From Candidatus Enterousia intestinigallinarum (GTDB taxonomy: Bacteria; Pseudomonadota; Alphaproteobacteria; Rs-D84): a stretch of DNA of 64,000 nt. The translations under genes and the position numbers were made by a program. The stretch covers positions 175,065 through 239,064 of the forward strand of contig DVJI01000012.1 in assembly GCA_018716885.1 (NCBI GenBank), given 5' to 3'. The first letter of the stretch is position 1, and each line of letters begins with the position of its first letter. Positions 1-9,600 of the stretch are shown piece after piece. Under the pieces are notes generated by a model that had not been told where the DNA came from, made no database searches, and was given only the letters and a program-made list of their open reading frames with translations.

Positions 1-624
1 CGTGTTGTTACACGTTCTGCCACCGGCACCGCCACAATGGCTGGAACTGCTGCATCACGCACATCACGTGGCGATGGTGTCACATCAACCGTGCGCCAGT
101 CATCAGGCGTCACGTACACATCCACGGGCGAAGCGATATCGTCGGCACGCTGTATGGCGGATTATACAGATTGTATGAACGACTATTGCGAACGCGCGGA
201 TACGGAATATAACCGCTGTTACTGCAGTGCGCAACTGGCACAAATAAATGCTCAATACAAACCGGCAATAGATACACTGATTAAACAAATTCTGACCCTG
301 AAAAGTGAAAACTACTGGACAGAGGAAGAAATGAACGAATACTGGATGGATACAATTGGTAAATACACGGGTGACAATTCGTGGGAAAATTTAGACGATG
401 CACTGGATATCGACTGGTCCAGTACAGAAAGCACCGTACGTGGCCAACAGGCATTTGCCATTGGGCACCAGTATTGTGTTCAGCATTTGACGGGCTGTGC
501 TTATATGCAAACAAATATGCGGGACGCATATCGTTCAGAAATTGCGCGTGATTGTGCGACATATGAATCATCACTACAGAAATTAAAAAATGCAGCTGAA
601 AGTATAGTAGAGGCATATAAATGA
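1..624 (+). CDS. hypothetical Cys-containing protein, 5'-partial (Thr/Ser/Arg-rich linker then CMxxYC..RCxCS domain)
   Basis: Frame is open from position 1. CMNDYCERADTEYNRCYCSAQ resembles CMDEFCANKDSQLKRCACSAR of the 50401-53694 protein. Confidence 0.75.
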   Translation, partial: RVVTRSATGTATMAGTAASRTSRGDGVTSTVRQSSGVTYTSTGEAISSARCMADYTDCMNDYCERADTEYNRCYCSAQLAQINAQYKPAIDTLIKQILTLKSENYWTEEEMNEYWMDTIGKYTGDNSWENLDDALDIDWSSTESTVRGQQAFAIGHQYCVQHLTGCAYMQTNMRDAYRSEIARDCATYESSLQKLKNAAESIVEAYK

Positions 625-1466
625 AAAACATAATGGGTATAGAATACGGACGCGGCGCCACAGCCGCGATTGTTATTGATGGTGGACCAGCATTGGCACC
701 AGCGGCGGTAAAACAGATGTATCCAGACGCCGACTGGACAACCGTTGTGGCCGATCCATACGATGCAAAATTATGTGAATCCGATCGATTCGGCGAAAAT
801 TTCCAGATTCAAAAAAAGATTGTTGCGGCCACGCCGTTTGAACCCCATATAATGATTGGCGGTGATCATTCCGTAAATTTTGGACACTTTGCCGCATTGG
901 CGGATCGTATGCCCGATGAAGATTTATGTCTGATATATATTGATGCCCATTTGGATATACACACGCCCGAATCATCCCGGGCTGAAGCATCTGGTGCCCC
1001 ACACGGCACAAACGTTCGCGCCCTGTTGGGTGACGGCGATTCGCGTTGGCTGTCGTTGCAGACACGCCGCCCCGCCCTGTATCCTGAAAATATATTTTAC
1101 CTGGGCACACGATCGTTTGAACCGTCGGAAATAAAATTTGCACGGGATAAAAATATTTATATCCGACCCGCGAACGAGCTGCAAACATCGGACGCCTGGG
1201 CAAATGCGGTTGATGAAATCAGACGCAAAATTGGTACGCGTCAATATGTTGTGTCTTTTGATTTTGACGCGATTGACCCACAAGTATTTCACGATGTTCT
1301 GGTACCGGAATCAAACGGAATCAGTGTCGATGCCGCCGAATATTTTGTACGCGCATTTGCCCCCGACGCACACAGTTTTGAATTCGTGGAATACGCCCCA
1401 ACCGGCGACGTACGCAGCGTGGAAATTGTAAAAAAACTGGTTGGTATCGCATTGGATATGGAATAA
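621..1466 (+). CDS. arginase/ureohydrolase family protein
   Basis: GGDHS, DAHLD, HG and SFDFDAIDP metal-binding motifs. Confidence 0.9.
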   Translation: MKNIMGIEYGRGATAAIVIDGGPALAPAAVKQMYPDADWTTVVADPYDAKLCESDRFGENFQIQKKIVAATPFEPHIMIGGDHSVNFGHFAALADRMPDEDLCLIYIDAHLDIHTPESSRAEASGAPHGTNVRALLGDGDSRWLSLQTRRPALYPENIFYLGTRSFEPSEIKFARDKNIYIRPANELQTSDAWANAVDEIRRKIGTRQYVVSFDFDAIDPQVFHDVLVPESNGISVDAAEYFVRAFAPDAHSFEFVEYAPTGDVRSVEIVKKLVGIALDME

Positions 1467-1520
1467 ATCCCCCACACACAACCAAGCAAAGAAACAATCC
1501 CCAAATAAATTGGGGATTGT

Positions 1521-2408
1521 TTAATAAAAACAATGACTATCAAGTTCAAAAGTTCCTTCGGTAGCATTAATAGTCGCATTGCTTGAAATATAACAACCTG
1601 TTATAGATGTATCTCGTGCTAAACGTTTTATATAACCGTCGCCGTATTTTCCTTGATACAACGGACATTTAATGCAACTGGTTGGGCCAAAACCTGAAGA
1701 AACCGGACCATTATAATATCCTGGATTATCATCACACCGATACTCATAAGAACATTTACCTGCTTCGGTACAGGTTACCACTTTTAACAAGCCAGGTTTC
1801 TTATCAGGATCTACGGGCGTGCCCCCCACGACCCATCCTTCACACTGGCTCGCCCGGGTACATTCTCTCGTGTCCTCACAATAAGCCCCCTCAAACGGTC
1901 CATTTATGCATCCATTTATTTCCACATTTTGCAAAACTTGCTTATAACCCGTTTGGCATACATCACAATATTCTATGGGGCCCACCCAACCAAAGTTGTT
2001 TGTACTTAACCATCTGCGTTCACCACTGACACAACCATTTTCATTAGAAATAGGTTCAGTATATCCCCACTCATCATAGCATATATCAGTAGAACTATCA
2101 TTAGCCACACATTCATAGTATTTTAAATCGCCACAGTTTTGCCCCGGCAAGGTTCCGCTGAGTTTCTTGCTATAACCCAATGTACACTCAGCACATTCCC
2201 GATATGCAATGGTTGGTTTTCCGATGCCCGTACCATAACATCGACGGGCAACATCTGGTTTTTCACCAACATTTTGTACCGCACAATTTGCGGGTTCAAG
2301 TGGGCCAATTGTATGAATAGATTCTGGGCACGAGTTCCCATATTGATTTGTTTCCAAACACATCAAAGCATTTGCATTGCTTGCCATACCTAAATACAAA
2401 CACAAACC
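1521..2408 (-). CDS. Cys-rich secreted protein body lacking its own RBS/ATG; completed in frame by inversion of cassette 2409-2494
   Basis: Many Cys. Begins with a signal-peptide h/c region (GLCLYLGMASNANA). C-terminal GCY...EGTFELDSHCFY motif. Confidence 0.8.
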   Translation of the reverse strand, partial: GLCLYLGMASNANALMCLETNQYGNSCPESIHTIGPLEPANCAVQNVGEKPDVARRCYGTGIGKPTIAYRECAECTLGYSKKLSGTLPGQNCGDLKYYECVANDSSTDICYDEWGYTEPISNENGCVSGERRWLSTNNFGWVGPIEYCDVCQTGYKQVLQNVEINGCINGPFEGAYCEDTRECTRASQCEGWVVGGTPVDPDKKPGLLKVVTCTEAGKCSYEYRCDDNPGYYNGPVSSGFGPTSCIKCPLYQGKYGDGYIKRLARDTSITGCYISSNATINATEGTFELDSHCFY

Positions 2409-2494
2409 ACCGTTTTATTTCGGCAAAAATGGAGGATAAAAAAATGCAGAAATCTGGGATTTTTACAAAAATAAAAACACCGATTTTAATCGGT
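2409..2494 (+). promoter_or_regulatory. putative invertible 86-bp RBS/start/signal-peptide cassette, copy 1 (OFF orientation)
   Basis: GGAGG 2431-2435 and ATG 2444 encode MQKSGIFTKIKTPILIG antisense to the gene. Inverted repeat AAACCACCG 2404-2412 / CGGTGGTTT 2491-2499. Near-identical copies at 5587-5672 and 60625-60710. Confidence 0.8.
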
Positions 2495-2517
2495 GGTTTA
2501 TTTTCAGCATTTTTTAT

Positions 2518-2546
2518 ATTATATCCAATATTTCTATATATCGCAA
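2518..2546 (-). promoter_or_regulatory. sigma70-type promoter TTGCGA-17-TATAAT pointing into cassette 1
   Basis: Consensus-like hexamers with 17-bp spacer immediately outside the cassette. Confidence 0.6.
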
Positions 2547-2551
2547 GCAGT

Positions 2552-2746
2552 TTATTCGCCCGCAAATTCCGCGCATAATAAATTATGCCGATAGATATTA
2601 CGCGCCAAATCATCACTGATAACGTACCAGTCATTGGCGCGCCCATAAATCGGCACACACGGCGGGCACGAATTATTCTGCAATGGTGTATTTTTCGCGC
2701 AGGACGCGACGAATATCACACACACCGGTATTAAAAGTTTTCTCAT
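2552..2746 (-). CDS. small lipoprotein, o-spanin (Rz1)-like
   Basis: Lipobox VASC, Pro/Cys-rich, overlaps the 3' end of the upstream TM protein in another frame. Confidence 0.55.
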   Translation of the reverse strand: MRKLLIPVCVIFVASCAKNTPLQNNSCPPCVPIYGRANDWYVISDDLARNIYRHNLLCAEFAGE

Positions 2747-2903
2747 TTATCGCCCCCATTGTTTTTATAATTTCTTGGTTTTGTTTGACGGCAACTTCTG
2801 CGGCACGCGCATTACATTTTTGCGCTGCAACGCGTCCCCCCGCCCAGTACGCACCCACTGCCACAACAACGCATATAAAAAATAAAAAAATATACAGTTT
2901 CAT
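2673..2903 (-). CDS. small membrane protein, i-spanin (Rz)-like
   Basis: N-terminal TM helix followed by an Ala/Gln-rich helical region; overlapped by a lipoprotein gene. Confidence 0.55.
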   Translation of the reverse strand: MKLYIFLFFICVVVAVGAYWAGGRVAAQKCNARAAEVAVKQNQEIIKTMGAINEKTFNTGVCDIRRVLREKYTIAE

Positions 2904-2963
2904 ATCAGATATAAAAAATCCCGCATAGCGGGATTACATTAAATGTTATAAGTTCAAATTGAA

Positions 2964-4232
2964 TTATTGATTCATTGCCGCAAAGAAATCAGCATTTGTT
3001 TTTGTCAGGCGTAATTTATCCAACAGGAATTCCATCGCTTCCAGCGTGCCCATTGGATTGATTATACGGCGCAGGACATACATTTTTGCCAATGTATCCT
3101 TGCCAACCAGCAAATCTTCCTTGCGCGTGCCGGATTTAGTAATATCGATTGCCGGATAAACACGCTTGTCAGACAATTTTCTGTCCAAAATGATTTCGCT
3201 GTTGCCGGTGCCCTTGAACTCTTCAAAAATAACTTCGTCCATTTTTGAACCGGTATCAACCAATGCGGTCGCAATAATGGTCAGCGAACCGCCGCCCTCT
3301 ATATTACGAGCCGCACCAAAGAAACGCTTTGGTCGCTGTAACGCATACGCGTCGACACCACCGGTCAGAACCTTGCCACTGGACGGAACAACCGTATTAT
3401 ACGCACGCCCCAGACGTGTTATAGAATCCAACAGAATAACCACATCCTGGCCGGCTTCTACCAAACGTTTGGCCTTTTCAATAACCATTTCGGCAACCTG
3501 GATATGGCGCGCGGCGGGCTCGTCAAATGTTGACGATATGACTTCGCCCTTTACACTGCGCTGCATATCGGTAACTTCTTCGGGACGTTCATCAATCAAC
3601 AAAACAATCAACTTTACGTCCGGATAATTTGTCGCAATCGAGTGTGCAATATTTTGCAACATAACGGTTTTACCGGTACGCGGGGGCGCAACAATCAAAC
3701 TGCGCTGGCCTTTTCCCGTCGGCGCAATCAGATCGATAACACGTGCGGACAAACTGCGCCCCTTGTCCTTGTCGTCAACGACCTCCATCTTCAGCATTTC
3801 GTCTGGGTACAACGGCGTCATATCATCAAAAGACACACGATGACGCAATTTTTCCGGATCACCACCATTTACACGTTCTATCGTTTCCAACGCGAAATAG
3901 CGTTCAGATTCATTTTGCGGTGCCTGAATTTGTCCCTCGATATAATCACCAGTTTTCAGACCATATTTTTTTATCAGCGCCGGCGACACATACAAATCGT
4001 CCGGGCCAGCCAAATAATTGCTTTCCGGCGCACGCAGGAACCCAAAGCCGTCCGGCATACGTTCCAAAACACCATCACCAATCAAAGTGACCTTGTTATC
4101 TGCGGCAAAGACCCGCATAACCGCAAATCGTAACTGTTGAACATTTAACTGCGCCGGATTTTCAATACCCATATCTTCGGCCATTTTCAACAACTGTTGC
4201 GGCGATTTTGCCTTCAATTCATTTATATGCAT
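2964..4232 (-). CDS. rho: transcription termination factor Rho
   Basis: [41 protein letters not shown] motifs. Confidence 0.99.
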   Translation of the reverse strand: MHINELKAKSPQQLLKMAEDMGIENPAQLNVQQLRFAVMRVFAADNKVTLIGDGVLERMPDGFGFLRAPESNYLAGPDDLYVSPALIKKYGLKTGDYIEGQIQAPQNESERYFALETIERVNGGDPEKLRHRVSFDDMTPLYPDEMLKMEVVDDKDKGRSLSARVIDLIAPTGKGQRSLIVAPPRTGKTVMLQNIAHSIATNYPDVKLIVLLIDERPEEVTDMQRSVKGEVISSTFDEPAARHIQVAEMVIEKAKRLVEAGQDVVILLDSITRLGRAYNTVVPSSGKVLTGGVDAYALQRPKRFFGAARNIEGGGSLTIIATALVDTGSKMDEVIFEEFKGTGNSEIILDRKLSDKRVYPAIDITKSGTRKEDLLVGKDTLAKMYVLRRIINPMGTLEAMEFLLDKLRLTKTNADFFAAMNQ

Positions 4233-4441
4233 AAAAAATCCTTTTTGGAAACGGGGTATAGTGCGAGAATTCGCCCCCCTTGTTGATTTACCCGCTTATT
4301 ATACGCCTTTTTTGACAAAAAGTCAAGTATTGGCAACAAACAATATAAACACAATCGGCAGTACACCGAAACTATTTTCCTTGCATTTTACGGGTTTTAT
4401 TGCTCAAATGATATATAAGATTATAAACAAAGGAAGCGACA

Positions 4442-4906
4442 ATGGCAGGCAGCATAAATAAAGTAATCTTGGTTGGCAACGTGGGTCAGGATCCCCAGGT
4501 TCGCACAATGCAAAGCGGACAGAAAGTGGTCAGTTTTTCACTGGCGACATCAGACCGCTGGCGCGACAGACAAACGGGCGAGCAAAAGGAACAAACCGAA
4601 TGGCATCGTGTTGTAATATTTAACCCAAATTTGGTTGATGTTGCCGAACGTATGTTACAAAAAGGAACGAAGTTGTATCTGGAGGGTTCCCTGCGCACAC
4701 GCAAATGGCAAAATCAACAGGGTATCGACGTTTATACAACCGAAGTTGTTCTGAATCAATTTGCGGGTCAAATGGTAATCTTGGCTGGCGCCAAGAGCTT
4801 GGACGGCGCAGCATCTGGTGGCGATTATGGTCAGCCAGCGGCACCTGCATCAGCCCCACGTGAAGAAATCTCCGTTGCCGACATCGGTGACGACATCCCA
4901 TTTTAA
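4442..4906 (+). CDS. ssb: single-stranded DNA-binding protein
   Basis: INKVILVGN...TEWHRVV, C-terminal DDIPF. Confidence 0.99.
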   Translation: MAGSINKVILVGNVGQDPQVRTMQSGQKVVSFSLATSDRWRDRQTGEQKEQTEWHRVVIFNPNLVDVAERMLQKGTKLYLEGSLRTRKWQNQQGIDVYTTEVVLNQFAGQMVILAGAKSLDGAASGGDYGQPAAPASAPREEISVADIGDDIPF

Positions 4907-4980
4907 TGGAATGGCATCATTATTTAATAATGATGATTTATAATTACACTTATAAAAATCCTGCGAATGCGGGATTTTTA

Positions 4981-5586
4981 TTATTCAGAATAATAACACT
5001 TTTGGGTTAAATCATATATTCCTGTTTCATCGTATATCCCAGTTCCTGGTTCCATATAACAGCCCGTTATATCATCCAAATTGGCTTCACTGCTGGTTGT
5101 TCTATACTGCGACCCCCACAGGTCAATAAAACTGGGGCACTCTTTGCAGCCGATATCCGTACCACCAATGGAAGGCTCATAATAAGTTACATACCATCCT
5201 GATGCACAGGCCCGATCGTCCCCTATTTGAGAAACGGTGCAATATTTTTCCAAATATCCACCAGTAAAAACAAAATGCTTTTTTCTGACCACGCCATCCA
5301 AATATGGATCTGCTTCCCAGTCATATATTGGGAAATTATATTCGCACATGCACACAGAACAACCGGTTTCTTCTGCTTCATAACTGGCTCGGTATACAAA
5401 GGTGTCTTCAGTTGCGGACACAATACAACTAGTATCACTGGAACTGGTGCACATATCCAAGTTATTATATAAAACATTCCATTCTTTATAATCACTGCCA
5501 CAGTTGCAAGTATACTCGGTTGGTTCGTTTGGTGCAGCATTAGACATATTGCATATAAATATTAATGCAATTGCAGAACATAATTG
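4981..5586 (-). CDS. Cys-rich secreted protein body lacking its own RBS/start; completed by inversion of cassette 5587-5672
   Basis: Frame extends 5' of ATG 5547 as QLCSAIALIFICN (h-region) but meets an in-frame TAA inside the cassette. C-terminal GCY..PG...DETGIY....CYY. Confidence 0.8.
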   Translation of the reverse strand, partial: QLCSAIALIFICNMSNAAPNEPTEYTCNCGSDYKEWNVLYNNLDMCTSSSDTSCIVSATEDTFVYRASYEAEETGCSVCMCEYNFPIYDWEADPYLDGVVRKKHFVFTGGYLEKYCTVSQIGDDRACASGWYVTYYEPSIGGTDIGCKECPSFIDLWGSQYRTTSSEANLDDITGCYMEPGTGIYDETGIYDLTQKCYYSE

Positions 5587-5672
5587 ACCGATTTATTTCG
5601 GCAAAAATGGAGGATAAAAAAATGCAGAAATCTGGGATTTTTACAAAAATAAAAACACCGATTTTAATCGGT
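5587..5672 (+). promoter_or_regulatory. putative invertible 86-bp RBS/start/signal-peptide cassette, copy 2 (OFF)
   Basis: GGAGG 5609-5613, ATG 5622; inverted ends ACCGATT 5587-5593 / AATCGGT 5666-5672. Confidence 0.8.
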
Positions 5673-5700
5673 GGTTTATTTTCGGCATTTATTTGATTCT

Positions 5701-5730
5701 ATTTTACCCCAATTTCCACGCCCACGTCAA
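5701..5730 (-). promoter_or_regulatory. promoter TTGACG-18-TAAAAT pointing into cassette 2
   Basis: Same hexamers and GAAATTGGGG spacer end as at 60567-60596. Confidence 0.6.
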
Positions 5731-5814
5731 TTATATTTTTAACATTTTACCCCACCTCACCATGGACAACTTTTTCATCTTGCTTTGCTCAGACACACGC
5801 GGTAACATAATTTT

Positions 5815-6059
5815 GTCGACGGGTGTTCCGTCGATGGGGTGTGGAAACCTCTGCCTAAGCGTCTGAATATAAAAACGCAATGCGCCAAAATGTGCGCACG
5901 TTTTGCAGTATTACGACGAAAAACAAATCTCCTGATTTTCGGGTCAGGAGGGTCGCGAAATACCCAATACGCGGCACAATTCTTAGGATTGTTTCCAACC
6001 TCCTGACCACCAAAGATTTGGTGGTTTTTTGTTTCAACAAAAAATCAGGAGATTGAACT
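5815..6059 (+). ncRNA. c4/CI-like structured leader (antisense-attenuator), copy A
   Basis: Homologous to 14149-14378 and 19764-19960. 5' hairpin, GGAAAC/GTTTCC and CCTAAG/CTTAGG complementary boxes, GGTCAGGAGG/CCTCCTGACC stem, ACCACC/GGTGGT+T terminator; promoter TTGCTT-17-TAACAT at 5780-5808. Confidence 0.65.
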
Positions 6060-6665
6060 ATGAAACATTTTTTACCCTTACTTACCGTCGCCACAATTTC
6101 GGCCGCGTCAGTCATATCTAATGCGTCAGGTATCGTCACCGCCTGTGTTGGAACCCCTGTGTGCCCCACTGGGGCGGGAACCTGTGTGATACTCCGAGCG
6201 CAGGAGCCAACGTGTACATTAGGCGTGATGAGATACTATGACACAACTGGAATATTCTCGTGCAGTCGTTGCGAAACAGGATACGAGCTGACTCAACAAA
6301 GAGCCACTGTTCCAAACTGCTCAAACGAAATATTGTTTAATGTGTGTCGCAAATCTTGTGACGGCACGTGCAGCGATTGTACAACATCGGCCTGGACGGC
6401 CGGCAATACCGGATATCAAAAACGCACATACGCCAGTTGCAATACGGCAACCTGTGTATGCACAAAAAGAACTCAATACCGGTGTGCCGCTGGATATTAT
6501 GGCACATCCAGCAATGGTACGTCCGGGTGCAGCCGCTGTCCCAGTAACGGTTCATCCACTGCGGGCGCAACGGCAATCACGTCGTGTTATTTGCCGTCCG
6601 GCACCACCGGCAGCGACAGTACCGGTTCATATACATATACGTCTAATTGTTATTACAGTAACTAG
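6060..6665 (+). CDS. Cys-rich secreted protein
   Basis: Signal peptide, CAAGYYG/CSRCP motifs, C-terminal SCYLPSG...DSTGSY...CYY. Confidence 0.85.
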   Translation: MKHFLPLLTVATISAASVISNASGIVTACVGTPVCPTGAGTCVILRAQEPTCTLGVMRYYDTTGIFSCSRCETGYELTQQRATVPNCSNEILFNVCRKSCDGTCSDCTTSAWTAGNTGYQKRTYASCNTATCVCTKRTQYRCAAGYYGTSSNGTSGCSRCPSNGSSTAGATAITSCYLPSGTTGSDSTGSYTYTSNCYYSN

Positions 6666-6696
6666 CAACAAAAACGGGGCATATGCCCCGTTTTTA

Positions 6697-9600
6697 TCAG
6701 AACCGATACGATCCTGTTACCTTTATATTATGCAACTGTATCGCGTCATTATATTGATAACGATAATCGATACCGAACTGCAGCCCCACCGCTGACAAGA
6801 ATTCGACGCCGCCACCGATATTAGCCCACAGCGGGTCAATATCAACATCATACTTGGTGTATGTATGTGCCGGTGCGAATTTGTACTTTACGAAGTCCGG
6901 CGCGCCCAACACATCGTATTCAACCCCAATCGACGCATACGGGCGAATCTGGAACCAGGCCGACGGATATATACGCTTTTGTGCAATCAACGAATAACCC
7001 GGTGTCAAAATCAGATATCCATCGGATTGCATATCCATATAATCCTGGCCGGCGGCGTGTTCGGTAACATCAAATCCGAAATTATATCCGACACGCGCAT
7101 ACGCATTGCCGACAATGTACTGATTCAACCAGTCGTGCAGCAAACCCCATTCACTGATAAAGCTGAACGCACTGCCACTGCCGTCGATATGCGACATAAA
7201 TGTCTGGTCGCGTGCGGTATCCAACAAATGGATATCCAGGAACGCGTTTCCATACAGACGCGTCTTTTCGCCCAGAATCTTCATCAAATACCCGCCCAGG
7301 CCGATATTCAAATCATCAACCGTCACATCAACCGTTCCCAACAGCGACTTTCCCGGCAGATACCCCAGTTCAACCGCATCGGAATTATCACTGGACGAAT
7401 TGGATACGCGCGCGGTCAATCCCAGAATCAACGTTTCGGAATCCTGCCAGTCAAAACCGCCGGCAATGCTAAAACGATTACCCTTGGCACGTTTGCCGTC
7501 GGATACGTCCTGGCTAAACATACCGTAATCCGCATCCAACCAGGCCTTTTTCAAATTACGGTTACGATTCCAAATGAATTCGTCGAACATACGGTCTTCG
7601 AAATCACGGAAATTGGTGTGTTCGTTTAACGAAATGTTACCCGCAATTTGTTCCAATTCACGTGCCTGGAACAGACGGCTGAACCGCGCCAATGGATCAC
7701 GTTCACCAGTCATATTATAGTATTCCATACGGTCATACAGTTCATTTGCCATTGTCGCAAAGTTTGTTCCGCGGAATATTTCCGGAATCAATTCAATCGG
7801 CGTATCGTTATAGAATTTTGTATTCAACAACTGACCCGCAATCAAATTGTCCAATGCACCGGCGGAGACATATTCGCCCGTCGTATGATCGGCAACTTCG
7901 GCAACAATCGGCTGAATCTTAAATACTTCAACCGGCCCACCGAAGCGTGGATCAAACACGATATACAAACTGTCTGCGACACCGTCACCGTCCGTATCCC
8001 GTTCCGACAGATATATCGGCAAATCAGAATCGGTTCCATTAAACGCATCAGACGGACGCAATGTATCGGCATAGTCAATGCAAATCGAACCGTCGCCATT
8101 ACAGAACTTTACATCCAAATTGCGCAGTTTATCAAAGCCATCCGAAACATCGATACCCTCTTCTGCGTGCAGCAACCAAATCGCCGTACCGGTATCAACG
8201 GTGTCAAACAGCGTTATCCCAACCTGTGGCTGTGACGCAGCTGAACCATTCACAACACCGGAAACATTTGAAACAAATTTTTCCCCAACGGTAATCATCG
8301 CGGCACCACCAGCGGCATTTGTTATTTCGCCAACTTTGTTGTCGCCGGTAACCTCAACCGTGGACCAATAATTTTGTTTTGATGTATTGCCGGTACCCTC
8401 TTCGTCATACGGCATAATGGCCGCCCACAGGTCGCTGTCATTATTAAACGTATATGTTCCCTTGATATCCAAGCGTTTCAGTCCCCAGAAATCAACCCCG
8501 CCGGAAACATTTCCGTCGATTGTTGCATCAATCCAGGAATCGGGACTGGCCGGATTTTTGGCAAAGCGCAAATCCAACGCGGTCACATCACCCGCAACGT
8601 TTATATCACTGGCATTTATTTGCATACGCCCAGAAACCTGATTTACGCCGGCGACATTAAATTCAGATGCGGTAATTGTATAATCGTCAGAATCAACATT
8701 TACCTCGCCCGCGGAAAGGGTCCCTAAATAATTCTGGTACAGCACGGTATTCTGTGTTGTGAACACGCCATCCGTGGTCAATCCAGCCCCCATCAGTGTT
8801 ATAGTCCCCGCACCCCCCACGGCAAACGTATCAACCGTTGTCACGCCTGCACCGGAATCCAGTGTCAAATTGCCGGTATTTGTAACCTGGGCCAACGTAA
8901 TACCATTATCACTGTGCAGCGCCAATGTGCCGTTATTATCCAAATTAGTTGCGGTAATACCGTCGCCCCCCATATTCAGTTCGGCATCTGTTGCAACCGT
9001 TATATTGCCACCAACTGTAATTGGGCCAGCCACTTCAAACAATGCACTGCCCGCCGTCGCATCATAATTTCCGGTAATGGTAAGCGATTCGGCCGCAAAT
9101 GTCGTATCTGTTGCCAGTAAATTTAATGCCCCGGCCTGCGTGCCCTGTGAAACGTCACCAGTGACAACAACATTTGTCGCGGCAACATTAGCAGTCGCAT
9201 CCGAATCAATATTTACAAATGCACCATTTGCAATATTCAGGCCGCCTATTTGAATATTCGGCAATCCCGTACCATTTGCAGTAATGTTCAGTGTTCCAGA
9301 ATTGGCCATAACATTGCCCATAACCACACGCTGATCCGCGGTCAGGGTTGCTGTTCCAGAATTTGTAACATCACCCAGTGTGATATTTTGCGCGTTTGCA
9401 TTTAATGTACCGGCCGTCAAAACCGCGCCACCAACCGTAACAGCTGACTTTTCCGCGATCAGCTTCAATGTACGCCCAGTGCCCAAATCCAACGCGCCAC
9501 CAATTTCAACCTGAGCCGTATCGGATTTTAACGTTAAATTGGTTGTATCCGCTTCGACAATCAGGCCGTTGTCTGGTTTGTCGGTCAATCCAGTTGCCCC

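Noticed and set aside
2348-2578. + strand 76-aa ORF containing MQKSGIF... as an independent small membrane protein or type I toxin
   Set aside because: Beyond the cassette the three copies diverge and stop at different points (copies 2 and 3 end after 24 aa); better explained as the OFF-state read-out of the inverted leader
5587-5690. Excision or splicing of the cassette via the direct repeats TGCCGAAA/ATAAA
   Set aside because: Joining at these repeats gives ATG CCG AAA TAA or an out-of-frame product at locus 2; only inversion restores the frame at all three loci
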